DNA of 64,000 nt from an uncultured cyanobacterium (GTDB taxonomy: Bacteria > Cyanobacteriota > Cyanobacteriia > Cyanobacteriales > CAWCAG01): assembly GCA_963793425.1 (NCBI GenBank), contig CAWCAG010000005.1, positions 288,001 through 352,000 on the forward strand, in the 5' to 3' direction. The translations under genes and the position numbers were made by a program. The notes beneath the pieces are model-generated. The model saw nothing but the letters and a program-made list of their open reading frames with translations, was not told the DNA's origin and did not search any database. Below are positions 53,291-62,996 of the stretch, in pieces (position 1 is the first letter of the stretch; each line of letters starts with the position of its first letter).

Positions 53291-53499
53291 TCCTAAAACC
53301 ACTTTACCCAAGCTTCGAGAATCTAATCTTTCACCTCACCAGAGATTTACCCCGCTCCCTGCTCCGGTACTGCCTTTTAAAAAAGTTTGTGGTATATTAT
53401 CTAAGGATGAAATTCGGCGACAGGGTTTGGTCATCAAGACATTAGATACATCTCTGCGATCCGAGGCTTTTCATTGATTCCGGTTCTGGAGATTTTAGG

Positions 53500-53790
53500 A
53501 TGTCAATTTATGTAGGTAACTTGCCTTATGAAGCAGGTCAAGAGGATGTCGAGACAGTATTTTCTGATTATGGAGAAGTTAAGCGAGTCACCATACCTAT
53601 GGATAGGGAAACGGGCCGAGTTCGCGGTTTTTGTTTTGTAGAGATGGGTGATGAAAGCGAAGAAAGCAAAGCAATTGAAGCTCTTGATGGTGCAGAGTGG
53701 ATGGGGCGAGAGCTAAAAGTTAATAAAGCCAGACCTCGTAAAGAAAGCGGCGGTGGTAGAGGGCGCAAAAGCTTTGATTCTGGTTGGTAG
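53500..53790 (+). CDS. rbp: RRM RNA-binding protein (Rbp family)
   Basis: IYVGNL RNP2, RGFCFVEM RNP1, LKVNKARP. Confidence 0.95.
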   Translation: MSIYVGNLPYEAGQEDVETVFSDYGEVKRVTIPMDRETGRVRGFCFVEMGDESEESKAIEALDGAEWMGRELKVNKARPRKESGGGRGRKSFDSGW

Positions 53791-54126
53791 GTATAATATT
53801 TTTAATATTTTTCAACGAACATAATTTAATAGCCAGAGTCAAACAATCAACTAGTCTTTAGTCTTAAGTTGATTCCTAAGCTTGGCTTTTTCTGGCTATT
53901 TTGCTTAAATAGAAATCTCTTTTAGCAGCCAAGCGCTAAAATGAATGGTGTGTGATCGCTGATCACGCAGTTGCTTAGAAAAGAGTTGATTACCTTCAAA
54001 AAAGGTAGCTTGTTGCCTAAGCTTTAAGCTCCCTTAGTCATTTAGGGGAGTATTTAATTTTGTCTGTGGGCTACAATAGTCCAGAATTTTATGACGATAG
54101 ATATTTAAAGGAGTTGACTGAATAGT

Positions 54127-54303
54127 ATGACCCAAGTGGTTGTTGGTAAAAACGAAGAAATAGAATCGGCACTACGTCGATTTAAGCGTCAAGTATCAAA
54201 AGCAGGGGTTTTTGCTGATATTAAGCGTCGCCGTTATTTTGAAACCCCCATTGAAAAACGCAAGCGCAAAGCAGTAGCGCGGCGTAAGAAGCGTTTCCGT
54301 TAG
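54127..54303 (+). CDS. rpsU: 30S ribosomal protein S21 (not in the ORF track)
   Basis: [38 protein letters not shown]. Confidence 0.95.
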   Translation: MTQVVVGKNEEIESALRRFKRQVSKAGVFADIKRRRYFETPIEKRKRKAVARRKKRFR

Positions 54304-54352
54304 TAGAATCAAACTTTGGTATGACGATGATTCTGCTTTAGATAGTTGCAGT

Positions 54353-54385
54353 AAGAACCCAAAACACAATCGGTTTTGGGTTCTT
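54353..54385. terminator. Bidirectional hairpin
   Basis: AAGAACCCAAAAC..GTTTTGGGTTCTT between convergent genes. Confidence 0.7.
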
Positions 54386-54400
54386 CATGTTTTTTCATTA

Positions 54401-55174
54401 TCAAAGTCTTCTTTCTACCCTTAACATTCTTTGATAAGCAAGCCATCCTGCAACTACCATAACCAAAGCGAGAATAGCCAGGACAAGAAAATGGTGACGA
54501 ATAGCAGCTAGACCTTCTCCTTTAGCCCAAACTGCTACTAGAGCTTCATTCATATGAAAAATGGGGTTAAATTGAGCTATGTTTAATAACTTTTCAGGAA
54601 ACAATGAAGTAGGTAAAAAAGCACCACCCAAAATTAGCAAAGGCACTCCAAAAGTAGCTACCAAAGAGTTAACATCTTCTGTTCTTCTTGCCAACTGTGT
54701 ACCAAGAATAAAGCCAACACCTACATAGCTAATAATGCTCAAAAGAATGATGATCAGACCTAAAATAAGAGAGCCGGAAAATTCAGCGCCGAAAAAACTA
54801 GCTAAGCCATAAACTAAAATGCTTTGTCCTATGCCAATACAACTATGAGCCAGGAAAATTCCTAAAAAATAAGAAATACCGCTTAAGGGAGAAAGGAACA
54901 ACCTCTTAATTGTTTTCTGCTCTCTTTCTGCCACAACAGTAGCTACACTTCCCCCTAAACAGCTAAAAAACAAAGCAGCCCCTACTAAGCTAGAAGGGGC
55001 TGCAAATTTCATTGCTTCAGCAGTAGAAAGGTTCGCTCTTTCAGCTAAAATAAATCCGTTAAGTAGCAGCACAGAAATAGGAAAGATTACCCAAAAGACT
55101 AAACTCCGCCGCCGCCGCCATAATTCAGTAAGAATGCGTTGGGCAACGGCAAGACTTTCATACCAATATTTCAT
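54401..55174 (-). CDS. ABC-2 type transporter permease
   Basis: Six TMs, EREQKTIKRL..SP, NPIFH. Confidence 0.88.
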   Translation of the reverse strand: MKYWYESLAVAQRILTELWRRRRSLVFWVIFPISVLLLNGFILAERANLSTAEAMKFAAPSSLVGAALFFSCLGGSVATVVAEREQKTIKRLFLSPLSGISYFLGIFLAHSCIGIGQSILVYGLASFFGAEFSGSLILGLIIILLSIISYVGVGFILGTQLARRTEDVNSLVATFGVPLLILGGAFLPTSLFPEKLLNIAQFNPIFHMNEALVAVWAKGEGLAAIRHHFLVLAILALVMVVAGWLAYQRMLRVERRL

Positions 55175-55264
55175 ACTAGATCAGGGGGCAGGGAGCAGGG
55201 AGTAAACAATACAACTCAACTAATAGTAAAATAATTTTGTGCGACGACATAGAAGCAGAGGGCA

Positions 55265-55912
55265 TCAATGAGATAAGAGGACTTTTTTTTCAAGCTTACT
55301 AAGAGCTAAGTTTGCTCTAGCTTGTATAATAAGCTCAGAATCTTGGACAATTACCTGAGTTAAGTGAGCGCTAATTTCTTGGCTTATTTCTGGAGAGTTT
55401 GCATTTAAACTAAGAGATTCCAATCCTACTACTGCTCCGTAGCGCACTACCCATTCTACATCTTGACATACTTGCAACAATGTTTGTAGAACTTGGTTTT
55501 GTTTGCTTTGTACTTCCGTTGCCTCAACCTCAGACCATTCGATGATTCCCAAGCCCCTAGCCGCAGACCGTCTGACACTTTGAGAAAAATCACTCTTAGC
55601 AGCACTTAATAAGGTATCTAAAGCACGAGGATCACCAATAGCAGCTAAGGCACGAATAGCCCAAGCCCTTGCTCCATAATTATAGCCGTCTAACTGCTCT
55701 AATAAAGAAGGAACAGCTACTTTTCCTAATACGATTAAGCCTTCTACGGCGGCGACTGCTGCTCCTGGGTTATTGAAGCCCAAAACTTCGATGAGAGTAC
55801 CAATAGCCTCTTCATCACGAGCTTTTGCTAATGCTGCTACTGCTTTGAGTAAACCAAGGGCAGAGTCGGCTTGGTCTACATCTTTAATTAATTGAGAAAT
55901 ACTCTTATCCAT
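55265..55912 (-). CDS. cpcF: Phycocyanin alpha-84 lyase subunit F
   Basis: HEAT repeats, NNPGAAVAAV, YNYGARAW; follows cpcE. Confidence 0.92.
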   Translation of the reverse strand: MDKSISQLIKDVDQADSALGLLKAVAALAKARDEEAIGTLIEVLGFNNPGAAVAAVEGLIVLGKVAVPSLLEQLDGYNYGARAWAIRALAAIGDPRALDTLLSAAKSDFSQSVRRSAARGLGIIEWSEVEATEVQSKQNQVLQTLLQVCQDVEWVVRYGAVVGLESLSLNANSPEISQEISAHLTQVIVQDSELIIQARANLALSKLEKKVLLSH

Positions 55913-55918
55913 AATTTT

Positions 55919-56752
55919 TTAAAGAAGCCTATCCATTAATTCCATAATTTGCAGACTCTCTGGGGATAATTCTCTAGCTTTTGAGTTGATGCTTTTTAAC
56001 TGAAATTCTAACAATCCTTTCAAAGAAATCAACTTGAGGCTATTTTCTGCTTTTGTTGCTGCGATCGCCTCTCCTGCGGGTAGGTAACCAATGGCTCCTA
56101 AGTCCATAAGAGCAGAGCGGCGTAGTTGTAGGTTATTTTCATCTAAAGCTTTAATCAGAAACTCTCCATAAAAAGGTGTTTCTGTAAGCTGGTACATCGC
56201 TCTAGCTGCGGCAAACCTTACTTTTGGTGCAAAATGTTCTAGAAAAGGCTTAATTAAATCTTGGGCTTCTAGAGCCTTGAGAGTACCTAATGCTTCTATA
56301 ATCGCTTCGTAGGGTTGGACTAAATGGGGTTTGCCAGGAAACTGTTGAGCAGCTTCTACTCCCCCGGAGAGTAGTTCCCTTAAATGAGGAATAGCAGTTT
56401 TAGCCCCTAACATTTCTAAAGCTTGGGCTGCTGCTTCCCGGACATAAAAATCAGGAGATGCTAAACATTTTATCAAGGGAAGTATCGCTTTTTCGTTTCC
56501 TAATTTACCTAATGCTCTTGCTGCATTACGTCGCAGAGGATAACCACCGTCAGGAGCGCGATCTTCTTCATCTTTTAAAGCTAGTAATAAAGCATCTATG
56601 GCTGTTTGGTCTTTTACGCGGAATCTACCTAACCACCAAGCAGCATAATAGCGTAGCCCTAAATCTTCTTTTTGAAGCAGGTTAGCGATAGCCTTTTCTA
56701 CGGTTAATTCTCCTCCAGAAGGAGCTTTTCTCTCAAAATCCTGTTCTTCCAT
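55919..56752 (-). CDS. cpcE: Phycocyanin alpha-84 lyase subunit E
   Basis: RYYAAWWLG, GGYPLRRNAARALG, ENSLKL. Confidence 0.95.
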   Translation of the reverse strand: MEEQDFERKAPSGGELTVEKAIANLLQKEDLGLRYYAAWWLGRFRVKDQTAIDALLLALKDEEDRAPDGGYPLRRNAARALGKLGNEKAILPLIKCLASPDFYVREAAAQALEMLGAKTAIPHLRELLSGGVEAAQQFPGKPHLVQPYEAIIEALGTLKALEAQDLIKPFLEHFAPKVRFAAARAMYQLTETPFYGEFLIKALDENNLQLRRSALMDLGAIGYLPAGEAIAATKAENSLKLISLKGLLEFQLKSINSKARELSPESLQIMELMDRLL

Positions 56753-56951
56753 TTCCCTTTTATTGGAGTACCGTTATCAAATGCTCCTTACTTCCCTATT
56801 CCCTACTCCCTTCTGCAAAACAATACCCGGAATGGTAAACAAATACTAGCAATTTACTGGTATCCGCATACCTTTCCGGGCATTACGCTTGAGTTAGCGA
56901 CTTAGTCACATTTTCTAACTATTTGCTGTTCAAATAGCTAGAATCGCCATC

Positions 56952-57440
56952 TTAGCTAAGAGCATTAATAGCGTAGTCGATGTAGGAGTTAGCTTCGACA
57001 GCAGGGTCACCACTTAAACCGTGATTAGCTTTGATGCTTTTGAGAGCTTCTACATACCAGCTAGGAGATAGGTCGAAGGTGCTGTTGATTTCAGCAATAC
57101 CAGCGATTAAATACTCATCCATGGGGCCTGTACCACCAGCAACCAAGCAGTAAGTTACCATGCGGAGGTAGTAACCGATGTCACGAGCGCACTTATCTTT
57201 ACCACGTTGGTCAGCAGCATAGTTAGCACCATCCATTTGGGTGGTGTAAGGAAACTTCTTGTAAACAGCTTGTGCTGCACTGCTAACGAGGCTATCAGCT
57301 TTGCTGGTTAGACCTTTAGCTGCTTCTATGCTAGCGCTTGCTTGGCGGAAACGACCAAAAGCAACTTGGATTTCGCTGCTGCTGAGGAAGCGGCCTTGAG
57401 CATCTGCAGTAGATACTGCTTCAGTTAGAGGGGTTTTCAT
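56952..57440 (-). CDS. cpcA: Phycocyanin alpha subunit
   Basis: [27 protein letters not shown]. Confidence 0.98.
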   Translation of the reverse strand: MKTPLTEAVSTADAQGRFLSSSEIQVAFGRFRQASASIEAAKGLTSKADSLVSSAAQAVYKKFPYTTQMDGANYAADQRGKDKCARDIGYYLRMVTYCLVAGGTGPMDEYLIAGIAEINSTFDLSPSWYVEALKSIKANHGLSGDPAVEANSYIDYAINALS

Positions 57441-57529
57441 GTTTTAAGGTGTCTCCTTAAATTACTTTTGCAAAATTTCTTAAAGAACAGACAGTTGATT
57501 ACCCAGAATATTCAGGTAAGCAATTAATT

Positions 57530-58048
57530 TTAGCCAACAGCAGAAGCGGCACGGTCAAAGTAGCTGCCTACTTCAGACATTAAAGAACTACAATCACCAG
57601 ATGTTACGCCATTTTTGTCGTTAGCGATCGCAATAGCTGCATCTTTCATTTTGTTAACGCCTACTGCTACAGAGCTTCCAGGAGTTCCTAAAGCTTGATA
57701 GGTTTCACGCAAACCATTGAGGCAACGGTCTTCTAACACACTAGCGTCGCCGGAGAAGATAGCATAGGTTACATAACGGAGGATGATTTCCATATCACGC
57801 AAGCAAGCAGCCATGCGACGACTGGTGTAAGCATTTCCGCCAGGAGCAATTAGCTGAGGTTGTTCAGCAAATAAAGCACGGGCTGCATCGGTGACGATAG
57901 CGGAAGAGTTGCTGGTGATGCGGTTAACGGTGTCCATACGCTTGTTGCTTTCGCTAACCATTTGGCTAAGGGCATCTAACTGGTCGCCAGACAAGTATTC
58001 GCCTCTGGTATCTGCTTGGGAAACAACTTTTGTGAATGCGTCAAACAT
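57530..58048 (-). CDS. cpcB: Phycocyanin beta subunit
   Basis: [26 protein letters not shown]. Confidence 0.98.
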   Translation of the reverse strand: MFDAFTKVVSQADTRGEYLSGDQLDALSQMVSESNKRMDTVNRITSNSSAIVTDAARALFAEQPQLIAPGGNAYTSRRMAACLRDMEIILRYVTYAIFSGDASVLEDRCLNGLRETYQALGTPGSSVAVGVNKMKDAAIAIANDKNGVTSGDCSSLMSEVGSYFDRAASAVG

Positions 58049-58407
58049 TTAATTGATCTCCTACTTTTAGTTTTAGTTAAGTTTGGTTGGTAATTAACCT
58101 TATTTTAAAGTTTTATCATTCAGCTTAGGTTGGCTGAATATAAACCTTGATCTCAACACCCATTATTTCAGTTCTTCTCAAAATCTGCTCGGATACTTTA
58201 AATTTCGTATCCTGGTAGCTTTTTAAAGAATTCTGAGAAAAGTCCACACTTTGTATGAGTGAAGTCAATAACATTATAAACGTTAGCTAGAACTCAGGTA
58301 TATCCTTTGTGTTTATACCCTACAGGTAACTTTTATACAACGCTATTGAGCTTTTATTTATTACACTTTATTAATTCTTTACCAACTGATTGTAACAAAA
58401 CTTAAAA

Positions 58408-58689
58408 CTAGCGCTCACAGATAGTTCCTGCTAATTTAGCTCCTGTTAAGATAGCTTCTCGCCATTTAATTCCAGCTAAGTTGGCATCTCTTAAGTCGGT
58501 ACAACTAAGATTTGCTCTTTGCAAATTGGCATAGGCTAAATTGGCTAAACTGAGGTTAGCTTGGCTAAGGTTGGCATTTTTTAATCGAGCCTTAATTAAA
58601 GTTGCCCCTCTCAAGTTAGCTTGGTTGAGATTGGCATTGCTTAGGTTAACTTTAGTTAAATTCGCACCTTGTAAATTAGCATTGCTCAA
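58408..58689 (-). CDS. Pentapeptide-repeat protein (short, start uncertain)
   Basis: A(N/D)LXX repeats. Confidence 0.7.
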   Translation of the reverse strand: MSNANLQGANLTKVNLSNANLNQANLRGATLIKARLKNANLSQANLSLANLAYANLQRANLSCTDLRDANLAGIKWREAILTGAKLAGTICER

Positions 58690-58714
58690 ATCAGAATCTT
58701 TAAGGGAGGAGAAC

Positions 58715-59521
58715 TTATTGGCTTATTTGTGGCTGCTGAAATTTATAAATATCTTCAATTAAATCAACCCAACCCTGAGCTAATGAAGCTAGTAAATAGT
58801 CTCCTTTTTGTTTTGTTGCTATGGTTGCATCCCCTAATACTCCTGTTTTCGTTAATTCTTTGGTTAGCCAGGCAAAAGGTAGTTTTCCTTCCATACTTAA
58901 AAGACTATTTTCTGGCAAGCCAACAGGATACTCTTGAATAGCTAGTTCCATTTTTACTTGTTCAGGTAAAATAGATAACATTAAACTAGTTTCCAAATCT
59001 CCTCCATGGATGCCATATTCCATTTCTTTTTCTGTCGTTAATTCTTGAGAAATATTAGGAACTTTCCAAATAAATAAAGGGAAAATTAGAAAATCTTGGT
59101 ATTGTTGATGAATATCCCTGGCTGCTATTTCGAGAATTTGAGGTTGTCCTCCATGGGAATTAACCAAAGCTAGTTTACGGAAACCCGCTTCATAAATACT
59201 GGCTGCCACTTCTTGTAAAACAGTTAATAAAGTTGTTGCACTCAGAGTAATTGTTCCTGGAAACCCTGTATGTTCGTTAGATTTACCATAATAAAGTGGG
59301 GGTAAACAATAAGCGGGAATTTCTGGCTTTAACTGTTCTAAAGCTTTACCAATCACAGCTACTCCGATAGCAGAGTCAACGATAATTGGTAAGTGGTGAC
59401 CATGTTGTTCAATAGAACCTATTGGTTGGATAATAACTGTATTCTTTTTATTCGGCAGATCCTGAATATTTTTCCAGGTAAGATAAGGGAAAAAACGTTG
59501 AGGAGGAATAAAGTTGTGCAT
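58715..59521 (-). CDS. Creatininase-family amidohydrolase
   Basis: GSIEQHGHHLP, EHTGFPGT, NSHGG, HGGDLETS. Confidence 0.9.
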   Translation of the reverse strand: MHNFIPPQRFFPYLTWKNIQDLPNKKNTVIIQPIGSIEQHGHHLPIIVDSAIGVAVIGKALEQLKPEIPAYCLPPLYYGKSNEHTGFPGTITLSATTLLTVLQEVAASIYEAGFRKLALVNSHGGQPQILEIAARDIHQQYQDFLIFPLFIWKVPNISQELTTEKEMEYGIHGGDLETSLMLSILPEQVKMELAIQEYPVGLPENSLLSMEGKLPFAWLTKELTKTGVLGDATIATKQKGDYLLASLAQGWVDLIEDIYKFQQPQISQ

Positions 59522-59528
59522 TTTTAAA

Positions 59529-60182
59529 TTATCTCAAAGTACTGTGTTTCATGATTACAATAGGAAAACCCCATAGCTTAGGATGAGGTTGGAAGAGATT
59601 GAAAATATTTTTAACAGGTTGAGACAAGTTGTGCCAGCTTATTTCCATAAAACCAAGCTGTGTGTAGAAATTGATCATTTTTGGCTTACAAGCTAAATAA
59701 AGAGGATGTGGTGATTCTTCAATCAACCGCATAATTAAAGAAGAAGCAATTTTCCTTTTCCGCCAAGCTGGTTTGACAAATAGGTAAGCTAGCTCTGAAC
59801 TATTAGTATAAATATTTAATAAAGCGCAGGCGACTAATTGAGAGTCCTTTTCTACTACCCAGTATTTTTGCCAAGTAGTCCCAATTCCCATAATTATGGC
59901 AGATGATAACTGTAGGGTATAAATACAGTTAAATAAAATAGCAGCAATAACTAATACTTTTACCAGCTCTCCATAAACAGGAATTGTCAAGCTACCAACT
60001 AAAAAGAAAGAGTAGGTGAGTAAGACAACTACAACTAAGCGATAAATAACTATTCTTAAATCTAACTCTAAGGCTTCAGTAAAAGTAAACTCCCAAATTA
60101 AACTTTGAATAGCTTCTTGATCACCATGACAAGCTGGTCTAATTAAAAATTCTGGTGGTACTTTGATAAAATCTTCTTGCAT
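59529..60182 (-). CDS. GNAT acetyltransferase with an inserted two-TM hairpin
   Basis: IRPA.., two hydrophobic helices, LFVKPAWRKRKIAS, FYTQLGF. Confidence 0.75.
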   Translation of the reverse strand: MQEDFIKVPPEFLIRPACHGDQEAIQSLIWEFTFTEALELDLRIVIYRLVVVVLLTYSFFLVGSLTIPVYGELVKVLVIAAILFNCIYTLQLSSAIIMGIGTTWQKYWVVEKDSQLVACALLNIYTNSSELAYLFVKPAWRKRKIASSLIMRLIEESPHPLYLACKPKMINFYTQLGFMEISWHNLSQPVKNIFNLFQPHPKLWGFPIVIMKHSTLR

Positions 60183-60239
60183 TCTTTTAATACAAGTCAA
60201 GAGTTTTCGTTATCATAATTAGCGATGAGCAATGAGCAG

Positions 60240-61571
60240 TTACTCCTGCCATCCTCGCATTTTACCAGGATTAAGTAACCCAAAAGGATCAGCTAATTTT
60301 TTGAAATTTAGTTGTTGATTATCTATAGTCTTTTTACCACCATCTTCCAAAATATAGGTATGGGGATTAGCGATAAATACTCCTTGATTTTCGTGGTAAG
60401 TAATAATTTCTTGTAAGCGCTCTTCTGTTGTATAACGGACTAATTGTAGCCCTCCTGCTACCCCTCTACCTTGGGAGCGCATAAATTCTAGATGAATCAT
60501 AACTTCTTCACCGAAATGTTCGTACATTTGCTCCACTGATTTTAGTTGAGGATCGTAGGGAAAAACACTCTGTAAATAGGTTAAATCATGATCAGCACTA
60601 CGACCATGAAGAGTGGTATGATTCCAAGTGAATTCTGCTAAGCTGGTTCCTTTTTTCGCTTCTGTAGCAGATTTTTGATAGGTAATTTCTCCATGATATT
60701 CTGCTACTAAACTTTGTAAAGGTTCTAAACAGCTTTCGGCCACCATTAATAAGGCACAGTGTTCCCCATTAGGAAGATAATCTTGCAAAGGGGTAAAGTA
60801 GTTAGGAATTGGTGAAGCATGGATACTAATTAACTTTTTAATTAAACCATCTGCATCTGTCAAGGCCTGCCCAAACTTAGCTGCATCCATAAAGTTACTA
60901 AAAGTGACAATTATTTCTGCCCAAGGATAAGCTAAAGCAAGGGGAATTTCTAATTGAGTAATGATGCCATTTGTACCATAAGCGTGGTTGATTTTTTGAA
61001 CTTCATCTCCTCGTAGCTCTAAAATTCGTGGCTCCTTTTCTAAAGTAACCACCTTAACTGCCAAAACATTGCCGCGATCGCTTAATCCTCCATAATTAAC
61101 TGAACCAATTCCCCCACTACCACCACCAATAAACCCCCCAATCGTTGCTGTACGATAAGTAGATGGGTACATTCGCAACTCCCAACCAATCTCCCTTGCT
61201 TGCTTATCAAATGCCGCCAGTCGCACCCCTGGTTCAACCCAAGCAACTCCTGGTTTAAGGTCAACTATTTTGTTCATTTTCGTAGTATCAAGAACAACTC
61301 CTCCTTGCAAAGGAACACACTGTCCATAATTTCCTGTACCTGCTCCTCTTACAGTTAAAGGAACTCGATATTTGACACAAACTTTGGCTATTTGTATAAC
61401 TTCTTTTTCATTACTAGGACGTACTACGACATCTCCTCTTTTATCTTCTAACAGAGGTTGTAATACGGGGCTAAAATGATAGTAATCTAAAGAAAGTTTG
61501 GCAACGCTATCAGGTTCAGTAATAGTTTCAATGCCATCAAGTTCAGTAGTAAATTTATCCCAGTTAGTCAT
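60240..61571 (-). CDS. FAD-binding oxidoreductase (GlcD/PCMH type)
   Basis: RGAGTGNYG, ATIGGF, DPFGLLNPGK. Confidence 0.9.
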   Translation of the reverse strand: MTNWDKFTTELDGIETITEPDSVAKLSLDYYHFSPVLQPLLEDKRGDVVVRPSNEKEVIQIAKVCVKYRVPLTVRGAGTGNYGQCVPLQGGVVLDTTKMNKIVDLKPGVAWVEPGVRLAAFDKQAREIGWELRMYPSTYRTATIGGFIGGGSGGIGSVNYGGLSDRGNVLAVKVVTLEKEPRILELRGDEVQKINHAYGTNGIITQLEIPLALAYPWAEIIVTFSNFMDAAKFGQALTDADGLIKKLISIHASPIPNYFTPLQDYLPNGEHCALLMVAESCLEPLQSLVAEYHGEITYQKSATEAKKGTSLAEFTWNHTTLHGRSADHDLTYLQSVFPYDPQLKSVEQMYEHFGEEVMIHLEFMRSQGRGVAGGLQLVRYTTEERLQEIITYHENQGVFIANPHTYILEDGGKKTIDNQQLNFKKLADPFGLLNPGKMRGWQE

Positions 61572-62310
61572 AAAAAAGTAACTTTAAATTTTGTGCTTAA
61601 TTATCTTGGCACTAATGTTAAACTACAAATAGTAAGAAGCGCTAATTTGGAGTTTAAGGCTATGGCTTCTCCCTTTCCAGGAATGGATCCTTATCTGGAA
61701 CATCCCAATTTCTGGCCAGAAGTACACAGTCGCTTAATTGTGGCGATCGCTGATGCTTTAGTTCCTCAAGTACGTCCTAAATACAAAGTTGCTATTGAAA
61801 AGCGCATCTACCAAATTACCAGTAACAACGATGATAATTCCTTATTAGTTGGTATTCCTGATGCTGCAGTTACACATCAATCTAATCTATCTAAAATTAA
61901 TGATTCTGATGTCGCAGTTACTTCTGTCAAGACAAAACCCGTCAAAGTTTTCATCCCAATGTTAGAAGAAATTAAACAAGCATATCTAGAAGTTAAGGAT
62001 TTGGCAACAGGCAAAGTAATTACGGCAATTGAAGTTCTTTCTCCGGTTAATAAACGTTCTGGCGAAGGAAGAGAAGCTTACCTCAAAAAGCGTCAGCAAA
62101 TTTTAGGAAGCTTAACTAATTTTGTAGAGATAGATTTGCTGAGAGGATGGCAAGCAATGCCAATCTTAAATAATGATATCAACGTAGATTACAGAGTTTT
62201 AGTTAGTCGTACACAACAGCGTCCTCGTGCTGACTTATATGCTTTCAATCTTCCTGAAGAGCTACCCACTTTTTCTTTGCCTTTATGTTCTGAAGATATA
62301 GAGCCATAAG

Positions 62311-62715
62311 TTATACAGACATTGACCCATGAAGATTAAAGCGAGCATTGATATCAAAATTCGTGAAGAATTGAGTTCTCGTAAAATTGAGTTCGATATT
62401 GATCATACTGGAAGAATCTTGGTACACGAATTTAGAATGGACCTAGCTGCAAAAATGGGTATGGCGTATGTTGCCCCACCCAAATCGGTGCCTGATGGTG
62501 TATTGCCGGAGGTTATTATTTCTGCTCCTTGGGTTTTTTGCGTATTTGTTGTGAATAATCGAGCAGTTATTATTGAGCTAGGAGTGTATGCAATTGAAGG
62601 TGAGATTAAGGACTACTATCACGATAGGCGAGCTGTATAACAAATCGATGCAGTTGTCCCGATATGTGTCTTCACTTCGCATCAGCGCCGCACAGCGGGC
62701 AGCTGATCTCAATCG
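62311..62715 (+). mobile_element. Integron gene cassette integrated at a secondary GTT site
   Basis: G^TTATAC at the 5' junction is complementary to GTATAAC; ORF plus attC; removal restores the host frame. Confidence 0.85.
62329..62640 (+). CDS. Cassette-borne hypothetical protein (103 aa)
   Basis: ATG 18 nt into the cassette; stop codon lies within the attC inverse core. Confidence 0.75.
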   Translation: MKIKASIDIKIREELSSRKIEFDIDHTGRILVHEFRMDLAAKMGMAYVAPPKSVPDGVLPEVIISAPWVFCVFVVNNRAVIIELGVYAIEGEIKDYYHDRRAV

Positions 62716-62721
62716 TTGATT
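62635..62721 (+). other. attC recombination site
   Basis: R'' GTATAAC, L'' GAT(G)CAG, extra T bulge, L' CTGATC, R' GTTGATT. Confidence 0.85.
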
Positions 62722-62996
62722 TGCAAGTAATATTTAACTAAGTTTATGAGAGGACAGGTTATGATTATCAAATTGATTATACATCTGAAACTTCACCTCC
62801 TTTAACCGATAATTATCAAGCTTGGACAACAAAGATTTGACAACATAGCAATGAAGCGATCTAGATTTTCTCAAATTGCTAAGCTGTGGAATAAAAAACA
62901 TTTTAGTTAACGATAGTCATTATGAGTCAAAATTGGTATGAAATTTGGATTAATGAATCCAACAGAAATTCCTTATGTAATGATAAATAATGATAA

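Larger units (their letters stand above)
61662..62840 (+). pseudogene. DUF4058 family gene interrupted by an integron cassette; has in-frame stops
   Basis: MASPFPGMDPYLE, IEVLSPVNK, VEIDLLR; C-terminus VDLQ..VYERTGYDYQIDY..PPL resumes at 62716. Confidence 0.85.

Noticed and set aside
62922..62990. Short MSQNWYEIWINES.. gene-like start
   Set aside because: Too short and broken to assign; at most a remnant
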